This document shows, piece by piece, positions 30,918-44,475 of a DNA stretch of 64,000 nt. Positions within the stretch are counted from its first letter, which is position 1. Each line of letters starts with the position of its first letter. A program made the translations under genes and the position numbers. Under the pieces are notes generated by a model. That model did not search any database. It was not told the DNA's origin and worked only from the letters and a program-made list of their open reading frames with translations. This stretch comes from the human T2T-CHM13v2.0 reference genome, Homo sapiens, in NCBI RefSeq assembly GCF_009914755.1, contig NC_060938.1. One strand, given 5' to 3'.

Positions 30918-33900
30918 ATTTAAAGTATCTTTTGTTGAGGTGACAGAAGAGAGAAGCTGTTTTTCCTACCAATTCTGATGTAGATCTCACATTATAGCAT
31001 AACATTACAGTAGAAGGAATGAAAACTAAGAAAGTAAATAGTGAACATACAGAACTTACTGCATTTCCACTTTAAAACCTATTTATTTTCCCTTTTTCTA
31101 ATTTTAAACTTTTGTGGTCATTCAGAACCTAATGTGCCTTGTGTTGACATTTCCATAGACTTCACACTTTACAAAATTTACTGTTTAAAAATACTTGTCA
31201 AATGATTTACTGAACCTTTATACAAAAGTACCCTTTCTAAATTGACCATTTAAAAATGTATTTTTGTGATACCGTCATTATGTTCTGCATTTGCCTCATT
31301 TTGGCAGATCTACAGTATGCCATTAAAGTTTAGTGTTGTTTTTGGTTTTGGAGGGTTTTTTTCTGAAACTGAATTTATAATCTATTTCTCTGTATACATA
31401 TATTTTTAAAATCTTCTGAAAGGAACTATGTTCCCTGCTGCTTCTTCCCTTTCTGAAGTGAATATGATCTTTTCATGGTCATTGCCTAGATAAAAGTAGA
31501 GCCTTTTCAATCTTAGATGGAAGATAATTCATTTTCCCACACAGAAAAAAAATCTGACCTTTACATGATTTAATCTGAAGGGCTAGAATTTTTTAATTTC
31601 TAGCCCCTCCTCCAAAAAAATTTTAAACACATCACATACTCTGAAAAGTCAGATTTCAAATGCAAGACTAGACTTTATATGGAACATATATGTTGGGTTT
31701 TGATTTTGGGTAGCAATTGACATATATTTTTCTCAAAACAAGTTGAATTTTGTTAACATATATAATTCTTTAGTGAATTTATAAATTAGGACCCCTGAGA
31801 AGAAGCCCTGTTGTTTTTCTTAAGAGTCTAAAACTGACAATCTTTTAAAAATCATAATACTTTTCTAGTAATTGCATCAGGGAATTGGTGATAATTGAAG
31901 AAAGATCCATTTCTTAAGAATAATTTGATCTAAATTATTATATGGAAATAAACATACTTGTGTTAACTAAATTGATCATAAATTCTTGTTCCTGCCTCAC
32001 CCCTCACCCCCCAGAGAATAGTGAGTGACTCGTTTAGATTCTCTGCTTTTTTTCAGTTATGTACAAGACTTCAGCATACATTAATGTCTTTAGTTTATAA
32101 ATTTGCCAATGCTTTAATTTCCATAATTTGAAAGTTAAAAGATGTAACTAAAATACTAGCTTTTTTATTCATTTCCTTTTGGTGGAGTTGTATGATTGAA
32201 AACTTTGCTTTTTCTTGTTTAATTCTTCCGCCACCCCCTCTTTTGAGAGAAAGGTAATCGTGGAATGAGTTATAAATTATTGCCTGTTTTTCCTTTATTT
32301 CTTTCATTCAGTGGCAAAAAACATTTTATAACTCCTAAGTTTTTGGTTAATCTTCCAACTTATACCTTGGTGTGAACTCTCTTTTTACACCATTTTCAAC
32401 ACTGGATAAAACTTTAATGTTGACTTTTTGCTAAAGAACTTTAATTTTTCCAAGAATCTAGATTAACATAAGATGTTGATATTTAAGGAACTTGGAAGAG
32501 TAAGTGGTGAGGCTGTATGTATATTTTTTAAGAGATTACCTTTTAGGAAATTAGTGAACAAACTTAACCAGTGTTCTGCCTTCTTTGACTTTGTTACTGG
32601 AGGATGATAATCTATTTCTATTAGATTCGAAGTATTTTGGAAAATATTTCAAGTATATCTGAACTACTTATAATTCTTAAAACAGAAGTAGTCAGACAAT
32701 ATTTGTATCCTAAGTGAGATATGGAAAATTACTCTGTATACTAAATGTCAGGCAATGAAAATGTAAGTTTTTGTGTAGAAAACCCATTAAGAAGATGTGT
32801 TTTTCTTTCTGAATTAGTTTATTTTTCCATCACATACCAAAATATAAAAATCAGCCTCACATTTTTCAGCAAGTTTAGCTTATAGCCTTGATAAATTCCT
32901 CTGTGCTTCTGAGCAGCATCCTTCTGCCTCTGCTTAGCAGCTCTGCATTTGGTGGATTGCTGTTGTGAGTCATTCATCCAGCACTGGGCCTTTTAAGCTG
33001 AAGATTCACCCAGTGTCTAAAGTTGTCCTTTTCTTATAGCTAGCTTTCAAGCATCTTTCCTCCTAAATAAATATGTGACTTGAGAAAAAGGTAATAATGA
33101 TTTTGTCAGAATTCTTTGAATTTATATTTACTAGCTACTTAACCATAAACTGCTGTCCAGATTGTTAATTTCATTTATATTTATTTTAATTAATTTGTCA
33201 TGAATATGGACAAAGCCTTTTCTGGGGTGTGTGTGTGTGTGTATGTTTGTTTTTTAAGTCGTCATTATTCATTCGTATTCTTTTTCTGTGTAATGTAATC
33301 ATATAAAGTTACTTTGGACAGAGACCCAGTTAATTTTCTCTTTTGATAGGATACATGGTTTAGATAAGGTATAAAGTGTCCCTTTTTATTCTAGAGGCTT
33401 TTCCTTTAATTCAGAGATTAGTGGAGATAATAACATCAGTCAAGGCTAATGTGGTACATGGAACTTGCTAATGGAGGTTGGACATTCTGTTTCAGTCTTA
33501 CATGGATATTGTTTCATTGGTGTTGAGGAAGAAAAAAATTAGATACTACCATGCATTGGGACAGCATAATTCTAATATTACATTGAATATGGCTTTTTAA
33601 AAATAAGTATTAAAAAGCCAATCGTTTTCTCCATTTATCTATCTTTTTTGTTTGTTTTTAATTTGGTTGATTGATATGCACCCAGGCCGTCTTATTTTTA
33701 CTTGTTAAATGTCTGTCTAGGAAGAACTGTGATTGGAAAGGAATTAATTATTATACAAATAAATCTGGTAGGATATGAGTGGAGTAAGTTTGCTTGAAAC
33801 AGAAGTATATTTTCTACTTTGAATCACCTCACCAGAGTCATCTGTCAAGAATTATGTATAACAATTTATCTTTATTGCCTACATACAACATACTTTTTCT

Positions 33901-34659
33901 GAATTAAGATAACTTCTATTTGTGAGTTGAACTTCATTATCTGCCATTTTGTGGAATCAACCTTACATTCTTTGGTGGAACTAGAGCTGATTGTCACCAC
34001 AAGGTTATATGACAACTCTGTTCTAAGACTTATACCTATTATATAGGGTTATACCTTTTTTCTTATGCCTCAGCTCTGTACCTGACAATTTATGATTCAG
34101 TGGAGCCAAGCTAGAAGGAACAAAGGTCATCTAACACTGTGATGGGGATGAATTCCTGAGTTTTACCTGCACAATGAGGTGGTGCCCCGGAATTCACAAC
34201 AGAGTAGTGATAGAGCATAAGATGGCTGCTCCAGATGACTCTTGGGTTTAGTGTACTTGTGATTGAACAAGATTTTTTATCTATGAAGCTTGATTCTACA
34301 ACCAAAATAATAGAAATGGGGGGGGGGGGGGAATCATGTCTGCTTATGCTTTTTAAAAGCTTATAGTTTAAGTAAAAGTAAAATGTAAAAACTGATTAAA
34401 CCTATACAAGTCTGGCAATGAGCTCTGCATGAGGAAATGGAAGGAGGAATATTGAAAATGATTCTAGGAAAGTGAACGTAAGAAAGGAAAATGGGTTTTC
34501 CTTTTCTGATCATGGGCTCTGGAAAGTATTCATGGCCTTTACCAGCATTCAGTATAAACCAGAGATAAGGACATATGTACTTACGTGTGTCTGTGAGTGT
34601 GTGTGTGTCTGAGTGTTATTCTGAACAGCTTGTAAATATTGTAGTTGTTTAAAATGGAA

Positions 34660-34739
34660 AATAAAAGCTGAGTTCTTTTGGCAAATATATTGCATCAAAA
34701 ATACAGTATTGACAGTGGATAAAACACTGAGGAAATAAA
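34660..34739 (+). terminator. Distal polyadenylation signals (AATAAA at 34660 and 34734)
   Basis: Two canonical hexamers, upstream UGUA, downstream U-rich tract. Confidence 0.7.
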
Positions 34740-35689
34740 TTTTTTTTCATTTTGCCTTCTGTCCATTTTTTGTCAAACTGAGAAAAATTAGAGTACACTA
34801 TATTAAGTTCTGTATGGCATGTTCACACTTGGTTCTGAAATCATTTTAAACAAGCTTTGGCCTGTAAACATGTGCTTCAACTTGCAATAGATCAAAAGCG
34901 TACATCATACTTCATGTTAAAACATGGTCTGTTTCACACTTTTCTTAGTGCAAGGGTTGTAGTTTGTCTTCTGAATTTATCTCGATGTTACATATTAACA
35001 ATATTAGATAGAACATGTAGGATAAAAATGTGTGTTCAATCACAGACTAAACTACAATACAGAAAATGGAAAGAACATTTGGATTATGGTCATCAAAGGC
35101 AGGTACAAACTTGTTTGGTATATTTGCAGTGTGTACTAACTCAGTGATTTCACATATAATACAGAAAATGCAAGCTAATTTACAATGAGAATAGACATAT
35201 TCTTGATTAAATCACTTATAATCCTTTAATGCATCATTTTAACTATTTATTAGTAAGAACCAGAACCAGCAGGATACAGATTATATGCCTTTTGCATCAG
35301 AGTCCAAATAATTTGCTATCTTTCCTCTGGGGTCACAGTGGCATAAAACATCTTCAAAGAAAGGCATTCCCTGGATTAGTTGCATTCCTCGTAGAGCCAG
35401 AGATTCAAAGGGCTGTTGACGTGAAATTTAGGTCCCATAAAACTTCTTCCTTATTCTTTTTTTTAATCCAGATCCTGCACAACCTTATTCTTAAAGTGCA
35501 GTTTATGTAAGATTTTTCCTCCTAAAGGATCCAAAAATGTTTCGCTGAACTGTAGCCAATGAATCTTGCCATGTTAGGTGTGTTTTCCCCTGGGGAAGGG
35601 TGGAAAGCAACACTTTGTGAAGTAAGGGCATGACAGAATGGTGGCTTCCTGGGTATATAAGCACTTACTTATATAAAATATTTATTCTT

Positions 35690-35897
35690 AGCCTGAGCAA
35701 TAGAGACCCCTTTTCTACAGAAAAACTTGAAAATTAGTCGAGCACAGTGGTGTGTGCCTGTAGTCCCAGCTACTTGGGAGGCTGAGGTGGGAAGATTACT
35801 CCGCCAGGAGGCGAAGGTTGCGGTGAGCTGAGATTGCACCACTGCACTCCAGCCTGGGTGACAAAGTGAGATGCTGTCTCCAAAAAAAAAAAAAAAA
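35690..35897 (+). mobile_element. 5'-truncated AluJ
   Basis: End of left arm, linker, right arm and polyA. Confidence 0.8.
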
Positions 35898-36314
35898 TTT
35901 TTCCTCCATAGGTGCTTATCCAAGGCAACTAAATATAATTAAGCTTCATCCTTGGGAAAATGTAATTTAATGCAAGAGGATCCCAAGGTTGCTTTGCAAT
36001 TTCTCAAGCATTAACAGCAAATAACTGGAGATGAATCTACCTTGTCTGTGAAACTTTTAAAGATGCCATTCAGTTTCAGTGCCCAGTGAACCATGCCAAA
36101 AGGGGAAAGTCATCTTTCAGTCCGAGGTTCCTTTTTTCTTATGAGAGCACTATTTACGGATACAGAAGCAACCGGCCCATATAAAAATACTCCACATCTG
36201 TGGCCTCATCTTAAAGCAAATATTCTTGACCTGTCTTTATCATATAAAGTCAACATTCCAGGATAGCACTGAACTTAACCAGATACCCAGTAGTGCCTCT
36301 GTGTGTTTGTAATA

Positions 36315-36400
36315 CAGTTGACCCTTGAACGACGCAGGGATTAGGGGTGCCAACGCCCGGCACAGTTGAAAATCTGCATATAACTTTTGATTACCCCGAG
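36315..36400 (-). mobile_element. Tigger2/Tigger2a terminal fragment
   Basis: ta|cagttgacccttgaac..., the reverse complement of the Tigger2 end seen at 13390-13470. Confidence 0.75.
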
Positions 36401-36479
36401 TCAACTCCTGTGAACAAAGGCTATCTTGAATTTGGAGGAAAGAGACTATTTCAGTGAGATACAGAAATAAATACAGAGA

Positions 36480-38260
36480 CTTTATTTTTGTGAGATACAG
36501 AGATTTGGCTTGGCAGTTATTTTCTTTCTGCAGTTCAAAGGAATCATTCCACTGTCTTCTACCTTTCATGATTTTTTTAGTCTTGTTGCTCTTTTAAGGG
36601 CAATGTATTTTTAATCCTCCAATTATTTTTGTCTTTGATTTTTAAAGCTTTCCATATAGTGCCTGTGTGTAGTTTTCTTTGTATTTATCTTGCCAAAGTG
36701 TTTTTTATTATCACTGAATCTTGGCCATTATCTCTTCAAATATTCCTTCTGCCATATTATTTTTCTCTCCTCCTCTCACACCACAATTATACACATATTT
36801 TACCATGTCCTTTATCTCATGTTCTTTTCTGAATTTCCTATCTTTGGTCTCTCCATATTTAGTTTAAATATTTTATTCTACATATCTTCCAGTTGTTATT
36901 TTTCTTTCATCATCTGTATCTAATATTCTGCTAAACTGATCTATTGAGTTATTAATTTTAATTTGTATATTTTTCAGTTCCAGAATTTGCATTTGATCCT
37001 CTAATATATTTCCAGTTACCTGCTGATGTTCTTGCTCACTATTTAATTTATTAAACATATTAACTACAGTTAAAGCTCATATATGATAATTCCAACATCT
37101 GGGTCTCCTGTGATTCTGTTTCTGTTGTCTTTTTTTTCCCCCTCTTGTTTCTCTGTTTTGTCTTTTGTCTGTGTATTTCTGATTGAATACCAGACACTGG
37201 TATTCATTCAGAATACATTCTGATTGAATGCCAGACACAGTATATGAAAATCTGTACATAATTGAGGCTGTAGATGTTATAATCTTCCTCAAGATGATCT
37301 ACTTTTACTTTTGGCAAACAAGGTAGGAAATAAGGGAATGAGCTGTTTGGAAGATGATCTTCAGCCTTCTGAGAACTGATCTGTTTCTCTTTTACTACTA
37401 GGGTGTAGCCCTTTAGATATACAAACTTAAAGACTGGGTTTCATCTTTGGCGGGCCCTGAATTGTAATTACAAACACCCCAGCCTTGTGAAAGTCCAAAA
37501 TCACTGCTCAGTTTCTCAGCCACTGCTTTCAAATTGGCAGATGTGGCACTGAAACCATCCCCAAGAAAACTTTATAAAATTGATTAAGGGAGAAAATAAA
37601 ATTCAACTAGGTTTGCAGTACAATGAGCAGTAATCATTAAGCCAGCTTGCCCTTTGGCCTACTTCCCTGTAGCTGGCCGCTGCTTACTACCCCAGGAAAA
37701 TGTAGGCCTTGTCACAAGACTTTGTTCTATAGCTAAAATCTAAGAGTTTCTCCTTTAGGTTTTGCATACCAACGAAACTACTGACACCGGCTGGCTGAAG
37801 GGCCCCGTAAGAAGCTGACTCATGGAAGAATAGTTTCCATATCCTATGATTTCATCTCTTTACCAGGACCAATCAACAACCCCAATTTTCCAGCCTGTTG
37901 TCCTCCACCATCCCCTTAAAGACACGCCCAGAACCCCTCGAGGGAACAGATTCATGGCTTGAGAATTCCCCTCCATTTTCTCATCCAGCAGCCTTGGATT
38001 ATTAAATTCCAATGTTGCTGCAGTTCCCGTTGTCAGTGTAGTATTGATCTGTTGTCGCCCAGCGGGCATACAAACCTGGCAGTCCTGTTACAACACCAAA
38101 TACCAGTCTTCCCTCTCTGGGCTTCCTTCTCTCTGGGGTCTTGGCCCCTAAAGTCGTAGTTACTGCGGTAGCACTCCAACACCTTCAAGTATATTTTTAT
38201 GCTTTGTACAGCTTTCCTCATTATTTTTGATTGAAGGGTTGATCTGAAACAAGCTAACCT
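36480..38260 (-). mobile_element. Old L1M ORF1-region fragment interrupted by an LTR
   Basis: Minus-strand ORF1-like peptides (GRRQWNDSFELQKENNCQ; QMQILELKNIQ). Confidence 0.6.
37550..38092 (+). mobile_element. ERV1 solo LTR (LTR26-like)
   Basis: TG...CA ends (tgaaaccatcc...ctgttaca), ATTAAA signal, near-TSD gcac/acac. Confidence 0.65.
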
Positions 38261-38799
38261 CTTGTCAAGTCTTTTCTTAATGTCAGTTGGCATCCTCACC
38301 CATCTATTACAACATCTAATTACTTAAACTTTGACTTGCCTTTGCCTTGACTTTACTGGCTATATTCTTTCATTTCAGATTCAGCCATGCCTTAGTTGCT
38401 AGCTAGCCTACTGATTGTACCCAGCCACTATTGGAGGGTTAGAGTAGTGAGAGGAGTGCACAGGGTTTTGTGGTACAAACCAATCCACTTGAATAATGGG
38501 AGCTGAGGGAAAACAAGATCAGTGGCCTCCAAAGTGGGTGTGGGCATGGCAGCTATCTGAAATCTGTGTCCCACCCAGTCCAAAATGTATCATAGAGGTA
38601 GGCCAGACACCTCAGGTAAAGCAGAGATGTCTAGACCAGTGACACATACGCAGGATCTGACCAACATTTTGTACTCTTGCAGGCTCTGGTTAGATGACAG
38701 AGTCACATTACTCATGATTTCAAGATCAGTGTTTTTTGTTACAGCACAGTGAGTTTTTTCCTGTTCACTTTTCTAGGCAGTGACTTTCCTGGCCTAAGG

Positions 38800-38801
<2 letters not shown>

Positions 38802-38838
<37 letters not shown>

Positions 38839-39117
38839 AGATGGAGTCTTGCTTTGTTGCCCAGGCTGAAGTGCAGTGCACAATCTCGGCTCACTGCAAC
38901 CTCTGCCCCCCAGGCTCAAGCAATTCTCCTGCCTCAGCCTCCTGAGTAGCTGGGATTACAGGCATGTGCCACTACGCTTGGCAAATTTTTTTGTATTTTT
39001 AGTAGAGAGGGGTTTCACCATGTTAGCCAGGATGGTCTCGATCTCCTGACCTTGTGATCTGCCTGCCTTGGCCTCCCAAAGTGCTGGGATTACAGGCGTG
39101 AGCCACCGTGCCCGGCC
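38802..39117 (-). mobile_element. AluS/Y-type with a T36 tail
   Basis: TSD tggcctaaggtctt. Confidence 0.9.
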
Positions 39118-39606
39118 TGGCCTAAGGTCTTATTAACTCTCCTCCATTTCAGACATGACCCCCTGTGGAGTTATAGCTGCAACAATAGCAGAGACAGGAT
39201 TTAGCCAATGCAGGGTGCTTTTCCAGCCCTAGCTTAACCTTTCCATTCATTCTAAATGAAATAAAATCTCACAGGTAACCCAAGGACTGAAATAGGCTTC
39301 AGGTAAGAAGTGAGTGAACTTTGTATTTTTCCTGAGCTTGGTGGAATGAGTGTTTGGAAAAGTTAAATGGTTTAACTACTGAAAACCACCCAGGCCACAG
39401 GCATATGATTCATTTTGTGTGACCTTAGACTTTTTCTTGGAAGATTTGGGGCCAGAAAATAGGAAGCCAAAAATAGCTTCATTGGGATCAAATATTTTTC
39501 TTTCTGGAAACCAGAAAACTATTCAGTTCTGTAAGTTCCAACAAGTTCCTCATTAACATCACTATTTCTCTACCTATATTAAGTCACCCCCTTGAAATTC
39601 GGGTCA

Positions 39607-39971
<365 letters not shown>

Positions 39972-40638
39972 TGATGGCTAGTGAAACATAGGGGAAGCAT
40001 TGGCGTCTCCAGTAATTAGATGGCTTGGCATAACACCAAGGCTCACCTTTTCTCCTGGCTCACCTGCCATTGGCCACACAGCAAGCCTCATGGAAACTGG
40101 ACATGAGGCCTTTAAAAATCCAAGATCCTCAGTCTCTTCTCTTCTAGATAACATGGAAAATAAAATCAAATTTGGGACGCATTTTTTCATAGGGAAATTT
40201 TTATTAACATTAACTCCTCAAAAGTACAAGGTGTGTTTTAGATAAAGGAGAAAGCTGACATAAGAGCTGGAATTAATGTGGATAGAGAGGGACAGATTGA
40301 CTATCCAAATATGGTTGTTTTTAGGGTTTGTTAGGAGTTAGTACTTAAACTTGATTTTTTCAGAACCTAAAGGTTTTATAAACTTAATAATTTTTTTGAG
40401 AACCCAAATTAGCCTCAGAACCAACTAATGATAATAAAAGTAGTAGATCAATATGTTGATCAAAATGCCAGTTTATTAATTTACAGTTCTAGAGATTTAG
40501 GGCACTCCCAGCTTTCTGTCAGAAGATAACTGAGAGGCCACATTGGCATCAGAAGTTAATGAACACAGAGCACAAGGAAGTGTATTTTTTCTTCCTGTGT
40601 TGGGAAACACATGCTTTATTATTATTTTACTGTTCTAG

Positions 40639-41520
40639 TGATAGAGGTGAGAGACAGAGAAATTCTAGGCAGACGGGCATGTCCTGAGGAAACCTCACCT
40701 TCAAGTCAAATTAGCCTGAAACTCACAGCCCAAAGTGAGAACTAATATTCCTGTTTGCCTACCATCTCCTGATTGGTTCTTTCTGAGTAATGTCTTTTTA
40801 CCAATCAAATGTTGCCTTTTCCAAAACTACCTACGGCCTGCCCCAGCCCCATCCTGTGCCGATAAAGACCCCAGACTCAACTTGTAGAGAGGAGAGATGC
40901 TGGGCTTTGGAGAAGAGAGATGGCTTGACTTCAGGGAAGAGGTGGCCGGACTTCAGGGAAGAGGTGGCCGGACTTCAGGAAAGACTAACTGCCCTTTCCG
41001 TCCCCTCTCCAGCTCCCCTCTCGACTGAGAACCATTTCCATCACTAAATAAAATTATCTGCCTTCACCATCCTTCAAGTATCTGTGCAACTGCATTCTTC
41101 TTGGACAAGAGGTTGGGAGCCACCAAGTGCAAGCACCCAAAAAGGCTGTCACACTGGCCCTTTGCCCTTGCTGGCAGAGGGCAGCCGCCCCACGAGACAA
41201 GGCAGGGAACCAACTGAGCTGTTAACACACAGCCATCTGCAGACTGTGTAGCTAAGAGAGCACGGTCACATTCCTTCTAGGCTTTGGGGTCACAGGCACC
41301 CCCACACAGAGCCTGCTCCTGCTGGCACCCAGAGTGGTCGGCATATCACCTTTTCTCCTGGCTCACCTGCCCATGGCCACACAGCAAGCCTCATGGAAAC
41401 CATGAGCCACACTCACTCACTCACATGCTCCCTCTCACAAGGGGTTGAGTGCGGCAGGCTGAGTAAACAGGGAACACCTGTTACAAGTCTGATGAAGGGG
41501 CTGAGAAAAATCCTGAATCA
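40639..41520 (+). mobile_element. ERV1 solo LTR (LTR27/LTR28/MER52 group)
   Basis: TG...CA ends, perfect 4-bp TSD CTAG, CCAAT boxes, AATAAA at ~41047. Confidence 0.8.
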
Positions 41521-41590
41521 CTAGTAATAGAATAATTTTCATTTTTTTCCTTACTCCAGCAAACACAAAAATTTTGGTTGACTTCCTTTT

Positions 41591-41649
41591 CCACCTGCGT
41601 CGGCCTCTCAAAGTGCCAGGATTACAGGCATGAGCCGCTGCACCCAGCC
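41591..41649 (-). mobile_element. Alu 5' 59-nt fragment flanked by a TSD
   Basis: tgacttcctttt on both sides. Confidence 0.8.
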
Positions 41650-42098
41650 TGACTTCCTTTTGCAAGACTCCAAGCAGAACAACCCCATTTCTTCCATTAT
41701 CAAATTCTTGCTTTTGTTATGTTCATACATCTGAGTTAGGTTCCAGCTTTCACATCCAACTCCTACCTCCGTCTAGCCACTTTAATTAGGTTACTGCAGC
41801 CCTTGTCCTTCCTGCTTTGTCTGGAGAGAATAGATCTTAACCTTAGTTGTCAAATTTACTAGTTTTAAGCCTTGGAAATTCCCTTCATCTTACAGTTCAA
41901 AGGATACCACTTTACGAGACCTCCTACTTTATTACATTTCTAACTAAGAATAATTTAATTATTTTTCCCAAATACACCATCAATTTGGGGCAGGAGGAGA
42001 ATTACATCAAATAATTTTTTCTTATAACTTTTAAACTAGGAGCAAACAAATACTTAAAAGACATTAAAAGTAAAGTCTAATTTTTAAAAGAAAGTTTA

Positions 42099-42550
42099 GG
42101 CCAGATGCAGTGGCTCACACATGTAATCCCAGTACTTTGGGAGGCCAAGGTGGGAAGATTGCTTGGGCTTAGGAGTTTGACACCAGCCTGGGAAACATTG
42201 CAAGACCTCATCTCTACAAAAAATTTTAAAAATTAGGTGAGCATGCTGGCATATGCCTGTAGTCCCAGCTACTCAGGTGGCTGAGTTAGGAGGATCACTG
42301 GAGCCCAGGAGTTCAAGACCAGGCTTGAGCAAGATAGGAAGACCCTGTCTCTAAAAAAAAAAAAAAAAAGAAAAAGAAAAAAAATTGTTTTAAATTAGTT
42401 GTGGTAGCTTGTGCCTGTAGTACCAGCTTCTCAGGAAGCTGAGGTGGGAGGATCGCTTGGGCCTGGAAGGTCAAGGCTGCAGTGAGCTATGATTGTACCA
42501 CTGCACTCCAGCCTGGGTGACAGAGCAAGACGCTGTCTAAAAAAAAAAAA
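42099..42550 (+). mobile_element. AluJ-age trimeric composite
   Basis: Three monomers separated by A-rich linkers. Confidence 0.8.
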
Positions 42551-43621
42551 AGTGTTTGAAGAAGAAAAAGGGAGTTAAAAAAAGAATAGATTATGCAACA
42601 TTGATCTCATCTGTCTTTGTTCTGCACCTGGGAAGATAAGCTAATAATTGACATTATCAGTGCTAAATTGAACAGACTTTTTAGTTTTAGGAGCAGACTG
42701 TAGACCTAAAGGGCATTTGCATTGAAAGGGAGTCCCTAAGGAAGTCATTGAAGGCTATTACAGTAATTCAGCTGCCAGGCAATGTTGGCCTGGACTAAGA
42801 TGTTGACTGCAGTAGGTCAGGTTCTGTGGAAGCAAACTCTGAGCCTGACATTTTTGCAGAGGAAGTTTATTGGGGTAGAGTGCTTTTAGGAACAATGTGT
42901 GTGAAGGAGTAAAAGAAGCAAATAGGGCACAGAAAGAAATTGCACTGCAATGCAGTTACTACAAAGGCTTTAGTCAAAATCCATGGGGAGGCCTGGAGCT
43001 AGATGGCCCTTCTAAGATGTCCTGGATTTTAAAAAGAGAGCTGAGGGTGATCCCTGGGAAGGGATAACTTCTGGAATCTAGGGGAACGATGACCTCCCTC
43101 CTGAAGTGGAATCTGGGCAGAACACCACAACATCCCCTTTAGTTCTTGCACTGCTCATCTCTGCATCTCTCCCTCCCCTACTACCCTTTTGAGAGTTCCC
43201 CTTGGCCATCACCTCTGCTAGTCAAGGTGGCTTACCTCCTGGTGTGACCCAAGCTGCCTCATCCTTGAGAGTTCTGGACCTCTAGTCCCCATGCCCTGAT
43301 TCTCAGGCAGTGTCTGCTCTACATGGCTGACCGTCTTCCATTTAAATTGGGCAGGGGATTGCCATGAGACACCCTAGTGGATCACTTGGGTGCCAGATGT
43401 GTGCCCTCCTGCCCCCACTGTGTGACAGCCCCGCCTCCTCCTGGTGATCCTGGTGGGTTACCCCTGCCATGGTGGTAGCTTCTTTCCTTGCCTGCTTGTC
43501 TCTGCACAAGTGACTAGGTGACAGCGTAAACAGACCCAGGTTCAGCTGCTCACCATGCAAAAGCCAGACAGAGGGTTGGTGGGAGGAAAAGCAGGTTTAA
43601 ATGGAGAGCCAGCAAACCAAG

Positions 43622-44031
43622 TGTCAGGCCTCTGAGCCTAAGCTAAGCCATCATATCCCCTGTGACCCGCACGTACACATCCAGATGGCCGGTTCCTGCC
43701 TTAACTGATGACATTCCACCACAAAAGAAGTGAAAATGGCCTGTTCCTGCCTTAACTGATGACATTGTCTTGTGAAATTCCTTCTCCTGGCTCATCCTGG
43801 CTCAAAAGCTCCCCTACTGAGCACCTTGTGACCCCCACTCTGCCCGCCAGAGAACAACCCCCTTTGACTGTAATTTTCCTTTATCTACCCAAATCCTATA
43901 AAACGGCCCCACCCTTATCTCCTTTTGCTGACTCTCTTTTCGGACTCAGCCCACCTGCACCCAGGTGATTAAAAGCTTTATTGCTCACACAAAGCCTGTT
44001 TGGTGGTCTCTTCACATGGACACGCATGAAA
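43622..44031 (+). promoter_or_regulatory. LTR7 promoter/enhancer: ACAAAAGA SOX-like motif at 43721, TATAAAA at 43897, ATTAAA at 43968
   Basis: Motifs seen directly. Activity is inferred from LTR7 family behaviour. Confidence 0.7.
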
Positions 44032-44033
44032 TT

Positions 44034-44051
44034 TGGTGCCGTGACTCAGAT
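44034..44051 (+). other. tRNA-His primer binding site
   Basis: TGGTGCCGTGACTCAGAT, one mismatch to TGGTGCCGTGACTCGGAT. Confidence 0.9.
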
Positions 44052-44475
44052 CGGGGGACCTCGCTTGGGAGATCAATCCCCTGTCCTACTGCTCTTTGCT
44101 CCGTGAGAGAGGTCCACCTATGACCTCAAGTCCTCAGACCGACCAGCCCAAGAAACATCTCACCAATTTCAAATCCGGTAAGCGGCCTCTTTTTACTCTC
44201 TTCTCCAACCTCCCTCACTATCCCTCAACCTCTTTCTCCTTTCAATCTTGGCACCACACTTCAATATCTCCCTTCTCTTAATTTCAATTCCTTTCATTTT
44301 CTGGTAGAGACAAAGGAGACACGTTTTATCCATGGACCCAAAACTCTGGCGCCAGTCACGGACTAGAGAAGGCAGCCTTCCCTTGGTGTTTAATCATTGC
44401 AGGGATGCCTCTCTCATTATTCACCCAGGTTTCAAAGGTGTCAGACCATGCAAGGATGCCTGCCTTGGTCCTTCA

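Larger units (their letters stand above)
29310..34760 (+). other. PCNX1: PCNX1 long 3' UTR (~5.4 kb)
   Basis: Nearly repeat-free AU-rich sequence after the stop, ending at a tandem AATAAA cluster with a U/GU-rich downstream element. The end position is inferred. Confidence 0.75.

Noticed and set aside
32195-32260. Microexon-like pattern (polypyrimidine-GAG|AGAAAG|GTAATC) in the 3' UTR
   Set aside because: Weak GAG acceptor, located after the stop codon, with no downstream partner exon visible.
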